IMG/VR virus record: IMGVR_UViG_3300008117_008405
DNA: 54,430 bases
Reading direction: 5' to 3' (one strand)
From: an uncultured virus (IMG/VR IMGVR_UViG_3300008117_008405)
Lineage: Duplodnaviria; Heunggongvirae; Uroviricota; Caudoviricetes
Under the pieces are notes generated by a model. The model was not told where the DNA came from and searched no databases. It saw only the letters and a program-made list of their open reading frames with translations. The translations under genes and the position numbers were made by a program. Positions 48,486 to 54,430 of the stretch are shown piece by piece. Positions within the stretch are counted from its first letter, which is position 1. Each line of letters begins with the position of its first letter.

Positions 48486-49346
48486 ATGAAACTATTGAAT
48501 CTTAGAGCCATTTTGAGAACCATAAAAGAAGCCCGAAAAAAATATACAAACGGAACCCTTGATAAAGATATTCAATCAGCCACCGTAGAATCATTCTGGT
48601 TGGACATCAAAAAATCACCTATCATCAGAAAACAACAACTTATCCAAATCGCAAAAAACGGAGAGAATAGACCCAACTCCAGAAAACATCCTTTAGGTAT
48701 CCATCTCTGTCAGTATACTAACCAATCTGGCAAATGCTATGACCCTGTTTTCACTAAGAAGATCAAATCTATCGCCCCTCATTGGTTCATAAACGCCACT
48801 ACTATCAAAAAACAACAACTCATCCAATTAGCTAAATCCAAACAACCAAGACCTAGTAAATCAAAACACCCTCTAGGAGAAGCATTATCTTGCTACATGA
48901 GAACATCACATAAAAGCTACGATCATAAATTCACCAAACAAATCAAATCCCTAGCACCCCATTGGTTTATTAAATCTTCGACTATCAAAAAACAACAACT
49001 CATCCAATTAGCTAAATCTAAACAACCAAGACCACATGTAAAAAACCACCCTTTAGGACATGCTTTCAACTCCTATATCAGCAAATTAAATAGTTCCTAT
49101 GACCCAGTCTTTACCCAAAAAATGAAATCCTTAACACCTCATTGGTTCGTCAGCCAATCAGATATCGCAAATCAAAAAAAACAACAAATTATACACATGG
49201 CAAGGACTAAACAAAATAGACCCAATAAAAGTAAACATCCTTTAGGAAGAGTTTTCAGTAATTACACAAGAACAAATGGTGATTGCTACGACCCCATATT
49301 CACCAAGAAGATCAAATCCATAGCTCCCCATTGGTTCAAAAAATGA
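48486..49346 (+). CDS. 'LAPHWF' repeat protein, N-cap + 4 repeats (array gene 4)
   Basis: True start ATG 48486; 286 aa. Confidence 0.9.
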   Translation: MKLLNLRAILRTIKEARKKYTNGTLDKDIQSATVESFWLDIKKSPIIRKQQLIQIAKNGENRPNSRKHPLGIHLCQYTNQSGKCYDPVFTKKIKSIAPHWFINATTIKKQQLIQLAKSKQPRPSKSKHPLGEALSCYMRTSHKSYDHKFTKQIKSLAPHWFIKSSTIKKQQLIQLAKSKQPRPHVKNHPLGHAFNSYISKLNSSYDPVFTQKMKSLTPHWFVSQSDIANQKKQQIIHMARTKQNRPNKSKHPLGRVFSNYTRTNGDCYDPIFTKKIKSIAPHWFKK

Positions 49347-49840
49347 AACAACTCGATGTCAATAAAATACTCGATGCCGTTAAAAAGGCACGATACCAAT
49401 ACGCAAACGGCACACTCAACCAAGATATCCAAAATTCCACCACACCAGAATTCTGGTCTCAAACAAGAAACTCAACCCTCAAAAAACAACAAATAATCCA
49501 ATTGGCCAAATCCAATCATCCTAGACCACACTCCAGAAAACACCCGCTAGGCTTCGCACTCAATAATTACACCGACCCCAGAAAATCAACCTATGACCCC
49601 AAATTCACCAAACAAATCAAATCGCTAGCTCCTCATTGGTTCATCACAAGATCAGGTATAGCATCCGGTAATAAACAACAACTACTCCTAATGGCTAAAA
49701 ATAAACAACCCAGACCTAATTCCAAGACCAATACCCTAGGCAGAGCTTTAGTCAACTACACAAATAATACCGGAAGATGTTACGACCCTATATTCACTAA
49801 CAAAATCAAAAAAGTAGCTCCCCATTGGTTCAAAAAATAA
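49343..49840 (+). CDS. 'LAPHWF' repeat protein, N-cap + 2 repeats (array gene 5)
   Basis: ATGA overlap with gene 4; 165 aa. Confidence 0.88.
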   Translation: MKQLDVNKILDAVKKARYQYANGTLNQDIQNSTTPEFWSQTRNSTLKKQQIIQLAKSNHPRPHSRKHPLGFALNNYTDPRKSTYDPKFTKQIKSLAPHWFITRSGIASGNKQQLLLMAKNKQPRPNSKTNTLGRALVNYTNNTGRCYDPIFTNKIKKVAPHWFKK

Positions 49841-49866
49841 AAGCCCTGCCATCCCTGACAGGGCTC
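49838..49866 (-). terminator. Intrinsic terminator between convergent genes
   Basis: - strand AGCCCTGTCA-GGGA-TGGCAGGGCT followed by T-run. Confidence 0.75.
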
Positions 49867-49887
49867 TACATATCAATAAACCTACTC

Positions 49888-50259
49888 TCAATCCTTCTTC
49901 CTATCCTCTTTACCCTTCCCTCCCCTGAACCTCTCCATCAACTTCTTCTGATAAGCATCAAACTCCTTCTCATTCAACTTCCCATCCTTGTCCTCGTCAC
50001 CCTTCTGCCAACGATCCCACATGTTACTTCCCTTCGATAACTCCTCCTTAGATAACAACCCATCCTTGTCCTTGTCATGCAACTCCAATAACTTCTTCCA
50101 ACTCAATGGACCCCTCTTCCCCATAGGTGGTCCACCCTTCCCACCCTTCATAGGTGGAGGCCCCTTGTCAGGCCCCTGTGAAGGAGCAGGCTCCTGTGCC
50201 ACTAATATCCCCATGCCACATGCCAATAAAAACATAGATAATAACTTATTCATACTCAT
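49888..50259 (-). CDS. Secreted EF-hand protein
   Basis: Signal-peptide-like N-terminus, G/P linker, DKDKDGLLSKEE and DEDKDGKLNEKE loops. Confidence 0.85.
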   Translation of the reverse strand: MSMNKLLSMFLLACGMGILVAQEPAPSQGPDKGPPPMKGGKGGPPMGKRGPLSWKKLLELHDKDKDGLLSKEELSKGSNMWDRWQKGDEDKDGKLNEKEFDAYQKKLMERFRGGKGKEDRKKD

Positions 50260-50370
50260 CTCGCTTTCTTACAAATCCCCACTATTAGGGATAGTTACTT
50301 AGATGCTTTATTAAGAACTATGAATCAATAATTTTCCCAAAATAAATAACTTTTCTATATACCCGACCCT

Positions 50371-50414
50371 CCCATATCCACACATGCCCATATCCACAAG
50401 CTCCCATATCAACA
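50371..50414 (+). repeat. Three CCCATATC(C/A)ACA repeats at 16-nt period, DnaA-box-like
   Basis: Copies at 50371, 50387, 50403; ATATCCACA is 8/9 to TTATCCACA. Confidence 0.7.
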
Positions 50415-50598
50415 TGTACATATTAACACCTGTACAGACTATCATTAGTGTACAAAAGATCATGAAATTAGAAATATAAAATAGTATTACAATCGATTGT
50501 TATGGTTTGCAATTAATAACAATGGAATATCAAATTTAGGGTTTAGGGGGCCTAGCCTCTTTTTTATCGAGAAAAATAGTCTTTTATTATTGGACTCC

Positions 50599-50636
50599 AA
50601 AAATAATAAGCGCCTTCCGACATCTCAGAAGGCGCT
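50599..50636 (-). terminator. Intrinsic terminator after the Hsp20 gene
   Basis: AGCGCCTTC / GAAGGCGCT stem followed by TATTATTTTT on the - strand. Confidence 0.8.
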
Positions 50637-50681
50637 CCATTGTTATTTTTTGAATTTATTTGTTATGGCATAACAATCAAA

Positions 50682-51137
50682 TTAAAGAGATTTAATTTGT
50701 ATTTTTTTAGCGAGTTGTTGGGGGGAGGCCTTATTCTTCCAAGTAAGAGTGAGAAGACCGTCTTGGAGAGTAGCGGAGTCCGGTTCTCCTTCAATATTCT
50801 CGGGGAGGGGAACCACCCTTTCAAATGAGCTACCTCGAATCTCCCTGTAATAATAAACAGAGTCATCCGATCCTTTATAGACATTATTCATTCGACCGCT
50901 GATTGTCACACAGTTGCCGGGACCGTACTCAAGAGTCAAGTCTTCAGATTTAAGACCGGGAATGGAGAAAACTAATTTCGTTTCACCAGCAGTCTGATAT
51001 AAATTCAACTTTGGATATCCAATATTAGCCTTGGCCGTATTCAGATTGGACTTGTTGAGAAAGAAATCATCAAAAAATTTGTTGAAAGCGGATTCAACTG
51101 GAAAGAAAAGATCATCCCTTCTGGGAATCAGATTCAT
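50682..51137 (-). CDS. Small heat-shock protein (Hsp20/alpha-crystallin)
   Basis: YP.LN, PG...EDL, ISG, REI..SSFER...LP, A.L.DGLL.L; GAGGTG SD then ATG 51137. Confidence 0.92.
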   Translation of the reverse strand: MNLIPRRDDLFFPVESAFNKFFDDFFLNKSNLNTAKANIGYPKLNLYQTAGETKLVFSIPGLKSEDLTLEYGPGNCVTISGRMNNVYKGSDDSVYYYREIRGSSFERVVPLPENIEGEPDSATLQDGLLTLTWKNKASPQQLAKKIQIKSL

Positions 51138-51289
51138 AAAACACCTCTTTTGTCTTAATAGCACCCTACAGGTATGCTCGATGGTCACCATGATCCATCT
51201 AACTATTATACGAGCGTCATTGTAGAAAATTTCACAAAAAATTTTGCTAGTAACAGACCTACCTTATAGCTTATTAAAATATCAGTTTA

Positions 51290-51940
51290 TACCACAGTAT
51301 ACAGGTAAAAGAATACCTGTAGGTCCGATTTTCCCTATATATTATATATGTGCGGTCGTTCGGCAGGTTTTCCGTTACCTGTATAGTACATTCGGAAACC
51401 GGCCAAAAGCCAAAAATGAAAAGGTGTAGGTTAGAGTTTTGATATCACTAGATAGGTAAATGATTAGGTATGTAGTGCGAGTAGTTAACCTATGGACTGG
51501 GGCTGTCAAAAGGTTGATTTTTTGTAAAAAAAGGGTATTGACAGGATTATAAAAATAGGTTTGGCATAACCTGTATAGTACAGTAGAAGTGCTAATGGCA
51601 AACCTGTGTACTGGAAAAATGGGTAAATTATGGACCTAGTCAACAGCTAAAGGCCTAATTATAGCATGTAGTGTACAGCTATAGCCCCAAATAATAAGCT
51701 GTGTAGTAGAGTTTCGGATGTACTTCACAGGTATAAGGCTTTGTCCTGCTAGGTCTAGACTGGTTGTGAACTATAACAATCAAAATAACAATGGATGCCA
51801 TTTTGACAGGATTTTATCAAAATTGTAGTGAATAGGTATCGGTTTATAACCTGTGATACACCATAAAAAGCATAGTGCTCAGGTTAAGAATCGTACTTCA
51901 ATAGGTGTACAGTACATTCGATTGTTATTCCATTGTTATG
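51290..51940. repeat. Non-coding region with iteron-like repeats; candidate replication origin
   Basis: ACCTGTATAGTACA at 51377 and 51569, variants at 51298(-), 51602, 51719(-), 51849, 51903; TTGACAGGATT at 51538 and 51803; lies at the C-to-G skew switch. Confidence 0.6.
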
Positions 51941-51943
51941 GTT

Positions 51944-51969
51944 GGCGAAACTTCTGCGGGGTTTGCTTA
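51944..51969 (+). promoter_or_regulatory. GGCGAAACT-N14-TTA motif
   Basis: GGCGAAACT 51944-51952, TTA 51967-51969; AAGGAGG SD downstream. Confidence 0.65.
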
Positions 51970-52006
51970 GGGGTGTGAGTTATGAAACCCCAAGGAGGAT
52001 TGGACG

Positions 52007-52519
52007 ATGATCACTAAAGAGTTTGTTCTGGCTGGCAAGGCGATCTTCACTCTGGAGATTCCCCATGAGTGGGCAGCTGAGCATGACTGCAACGCTCACT
52101 ACACCTTCAAGGTGGTGCTCAAGCAGGGCAATGACGGCTCTAATGGGAAGCCGAAGTCCGATGACATCTATTTCGTGAACCTGTTGTCTGGTCCTGACAA
52201 CACCTCTGACTACAGCTACATTGGTGTGCTCAATAAGGGCACCGGCAATGTGGTGCTAACCCGTGCTAGCAAGATCACAAAGGATTGCATGAGCTATCGT
52301 TTGTTGAATCGTTTGTTGGCCAACCTGTGGGGTGGAACGGAGCAGAAGATTCTGGATGCGGGGTTTGATGTTCACCATGAGGGTCGTTGTGGCCGGTGTG
52401 GTCGGAAGCTTACGGTGCCCGAATCGATCAAGACGGGATTGGGGCCAGAGTGTGCTGGCCGTACACCGGGGCGGGCCAAGGATGAGGAGGAGGCAGGTGA
52501 GGACGATGTGGCGTTCTGA
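52007..52519 (+). CDS. DUF6011-like Zn-finger protein
   Basis: L.GPDN..DY.YIG; CGRCGRKLTVPESIKTGLGPEC. Confidence 0.8.
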   Translation: MITKEFVLAGKAIFTLEIPHEWAAEHDCNAHYTFKVVLKQGNDGSNGKPKSDDIYFVNLLSGPDNTSDYSYIGVLNKGTGNVVLTRASKITKDCMSYRLLNRLLANLWGGTEQKILDAGFDVHHEGRCGRCGRKLTVPESIKTGLGPECAGRTPGRAKDEEEAGEDDVAF

Positions 52520-52521
52520 TT

Positions 52522-52547
52522 GGCGAAACTTTTGATTCCCTGTCTTA
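52522..52547 (+). promoter_or_regulatory. GGCGAAACT-N14-TTA motif
   Basis: GGCGAAACT 52522-52530, TTA 52545-52547. Confidence 0.65.
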
Positions 52548-52586
52548 TTATTGTGGTTGGCAATAACAATAAGAAGGAGTGATGCG

Positions 52587-52955
52587 ATGGAAGTGAATCA
52601 AGTTGACATTCGGACTGCGTGTGACGATTTGGTTACCTTTGTGAATGAGGTGAAGAAGAGTCATTATGACAAGATGGGATATGAGCTTGGTTTGCGGGAG
52701 AAGATAGTGTGGGAGCGTTTGAGTTCGAAGTGGGTGAAATTGATTGTTCAGGATAATGGTGGGAAGGATCGTAGTGTGTATGGGTTTGTGGCGTTGCAAG
52801 ATTTTGAGACGAAGGGTTTGGGGCAGGTGAAGTTTGGTGACATTCATAAGGCAGCGACTTGGTCAGCGCCTGCGAAGCATGCACGGGGGAATGTGTTCAA
52901 TAGGGAAAGTTGGAGTTGCTGTGGGCCATATGGTATGGCTTACTTGAGGGGGTAG
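52587..52955 (+). CDS. Conserved phage protein (GDI.KAA.W.APAKHARGN family)
   Basis: AAGGAG SD then ATG 52587; SVYGFV...GDIHKAATWSAPAKHARGNVF. Confidence 0.8.
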   Translation: MEVNQVDIRTACDDLVTFVNEVKKSHYDKMGYELGLREKIVWERLSSKWVKLIVQDNGGKDRSVYGFVALQDFETKGLGQVKFGDIHKAATWSAPAKHARGNVFNRESWSCCGPYGMAYLRG

Positions 52956-53025
52956 TTGTCAACTGAAAAATTTTCAGTAGAATATCATTTGGCTGAAAAG
53001 CCTGAATATTTCATGGAGGTAGTTT

Positions 53026-53154
53026 ATGGGCAGACCGCCTAGTAAGATTCATGATCCGATTGGTTATGACGCATATTATGCTGGCAATCCTTTACTTGGG
53101 TTTATCTTTTGGGGGATTGTGATTTTTGTTATGATTAAAGGTTGTGGTGGCTAA
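53026..53154 (+). CDS. 42-aa membrane peptide
   Basis: GGAGG SD; MGRPPSKIHDPIGYDAYYAGNPLLGFIFWGIVIFVMIKGCGG; followed by a terminator. Confidence 0.6.
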   Translation: MGRPPSKIHDPIGYDAYYAGNPLLGFIFWGIVIFVMIKGCGG

Positions 53155-53176
53155 GTCGATATAAACCGATATAAAT

Positions 53177-53216
53177 AAACCCTCTTCTCTGTGGCAAACG
53201 GGGAAGAGGGTTTTTT
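53177..53216 (+). terminator. Intrinsic terminator
   Basis: AAACCCTCTTCTCTGT-GGCAA-ACGGGGAAGAGGGTTT plus T-run. Confidence 0.88.
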
Positions 53217-53426
53217 CTTACTTTTTAGACAGAGTCCGATAACGCAATTTATGTTGCATTAAAGTGGTGTTCATTTGTACACCAGTCTTAAGGTGTATAG
53301 TACATTGAATAAAAAAAATCAAGGATTGAGTAGATTAATTTTCTATTTTCGGTAATATGAGTTTGTAGGATGGTGTTGGATGCCATTCACATTTAACTAA
53401 TACCTTTGATGTAAGGAGGAAGTACG

Positions 53427-53840
53427 ATGGCTGTTGTGAAGAAAGTGGTTGATGCTCGTAAGGTGAATTCTGAGTCAAAGAAGAAGGCGATTTTGTTATT
53501 GGCCAAGAATAAGAATGAAGGTAAGCCAGCCAATCTCACGCCATTGGGAAATGCGTTGAGGAATTATTTGAGTCGTTTTTCGGCATCGTATGATCAAGCG
53601 TTTGAGCGTCAGATCAAGGCGATGCGTCCTGACTGGTTCAAGACGAACTGGACGGAGGCGGGGAAGAAGGCTTGGGCTACTCGGTTGAAGCGGGAGTTGT
53701 CCAAGAAGCGTAGTCTTGCAGCCAAGAAAGCAGCCAAGACAAGCAACGGTCTTTTAAACCGTGGAGGAAGGCGCAAGTCCTTCAGGGGCCATTATTTTCA
53801 GAAAACTTTTGATCTCGACTGGAGACTCTGGCGCTTTTAA
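53427..53840 (+). CDS. Single 'LAPHWF'-type repeat protein with basic tail; 3' end runs into a tRNA remnant
   Basis: AAGGAGG SD; KKKAILLLAK...KP...TPLGNALRNYL.....SYDQAFERQIKAMRPDWF. Confidence 0.75.
   Translation: MAVVKKVVDARKVNSESKKKAILLLAKNKNEGKPANLTPLGNALRNYLSRFSASYDQAFERQIKAMRPDWFKTNWTEAGKKAWATRLKRELSKKRSLAAKKAAKTSNGLLNRGGRRKSFRGHYFQKTFDLDWRLWRF
53742..53791 (+). pseudogene. 5'-truncated tRNA-Lys(UUU) remnant
   Basis: Anticodon arm ACGGT-CTTTTAA-ACCGT, T arm GAAGG-CGCAAGT-CCTTC, acceptor 3' strand AGGGGCC-A; no GGCCCCT 5' strand upstream. Confidence 0.65.
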
Positions 53841-54242
53841 CTTATTGGCATGAATTTTCCTATGACAATTAGCACACACACATATACATTTTGAAATTTC
53901 TTCTTCCAGTTTTTTCATACTTTTTGCGCCGACAAAATAAGAAACATTTTTGTCTTTTCCATGGAGATGATGGAAGTCTAAGCAACATGGATCGGTTTCT
54001 TTGCAGATACAGCAACCAATATTTTGTTTGAAATCATTAAATTTATCTTGAAATTTCTTGCGACATGTTTTGTCGTAGCTATAGATTCTTTCTTTAACCT
54101 CTTTCCTGTTTTTATTATTTCTGTACCAATCAACAGCATTTTGGGTTGCACATGGCTTACAGTAAGGTTGATATCCATTATATCTTTTTCCGTAATCTTC
54201 TAAATTTTTAAATTGCTTACATTTGCTACATTGTTTAGTCAC
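53754..54242 (-). CDS. HNH-type (homing) endonuclease
   Basis: N-terminal CSKC...CKPC; CCICKE.DPC.LDFHH, KC...CANCHRKIH. Confidence 0.82.
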   Translation of the reverse strand: MTKQCSKCKQFKNLEDYGKRYNGYQPYCKPCATQNAVDWYRNNKNRKEVKERIYSYDKTCRKKFQDKFNDFKQNIGCCICKETDPCCLDFHHLHGKDKNVSYFVGAKSMKKLEEEISKCICVCANCHRKIHANKLKAPESPVEIKSFLKIMAPEGLAPSSTV

Positions 54243-54316
54243 AGCATCACCTCTCAGTATATAAGAGTGTGAGCTTAAAATTTTTGTAAAAACTTTTAAG
54301 TTATGTTATGAGATAA

Positions 54317-54337
54317 GTTCAAGTCCCACCGGAGTCA
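54317..54337 (+). pseudogene. tRNA 3'-end fragment (T-loop to discriminator)
   Basis: G-TTCAAGT-CCCAC-CGGAGTC-A, lacking the 5' partner strands. Confidence 0.4.
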
Positions 54338-54361
54338 TTTATGATCACTCACATAGAAAAA

Positions 54362-54398
54362 ATGGCCACCGGATTATTCGTAATCTGGTTGGCCGTTG
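54362..54398 (+). other. Stable hairpin with UUCG loop (terminator or RNA processing element)
   Basis: AATGGCCA-CCGGATTA-TTCG-TAATCTGG-T-TGGCCGTT. Confidence 0.6.
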
Positions 54399-54430
54399 TT
54401 CTATTTCTAACTGTACAGTTGTACACTACT

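Noticed and set aside
45756..49840. CRISPR array or diversity-generating retroelement as the explanation for the repeats
   Set aside because: Repeats are in-frame protein modules of 180-189 nt; there is no repeat-spacer pattern, no reverse transcriptase or cas gene in the window, and no adenine-specific TR/VR pair was seen
51244..51429. 61-aa ORF in the putative origin region
   Set aside because: TTG start with no SD, overlaps DNA repeats, no recognisable protein features
51942..51957. Sigma54 promoter reading of TTGGCGAAACTTCTGC (GG-N10-GC)
   Set aside because: Only this copy has GC at the -12 position; the other GGCGAAACT copies do not
53719..53791. Intact tRNA-Lys gene
   Set aside because: No acceptor 5' strand or D-arm upstream, and the T-loop is non-canonical; reported as a remnant
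1..54430. Stop-codon reassignment (alternative genetic code)
   Set aside because: Recognisable genes are full length and densely packed under the standard code; TAG, TGA and TAA all end genes at homologous positions in the repeat family

Overview
This 54 kb AT-rich, gene-dense window reads as part of a large (jumbo-type) dsDNA phage genome with T4-like features: TATAAATA late promoters, capsid-targeting-like N-termini and an Rnl1 RNA ligase. ClpS and EF-hand genes weakly suggest a Planctomycetota-like host. The left two-thirds hold glycan/sugar-modification genes (about 8 glycosyltransferase-like ORFs, two tandem carbamoyltransferases, methyltransferases, a 2OG-Fe(II) oxygenase), virion-type lectin, beta-propeller and RCC1 proteins, a PHP-less DnaE plus a DnaQ-like exonuclease, an SF2 helicase and ArdC. 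The standout is a family of 9 genes carrying 26 copies of a basic ~54-aa repeat I do not recognise (KKxxLIxLAKxxxxRPxxxKHPLGxxLxxYTxxxxxxYDPxFTKKIKxLAPHWF). Five of these genes form a tandem cassette array at 45.8-49.8 kb. Variability is concentrated on one face of a predicted helix, and modules appear to be shuffled between paralogs, which suggests a modular DNA-binding system. A bipartite motif GGCGAAACT-N14-TTA precedes four of these genes and also the helicase, ArdC and two other genes. The array sits next to a C-to-G skew inversion with iteron-like and DnaA-box-like repeats, a candidate replication origin. Also seen: an ATT-initiated RNA ligase, tRNA remnants flanking an HNH gene, and a pseudoknotted ncRNA candidate. 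All family assignments are motif recognition by eye; no database searches were run.
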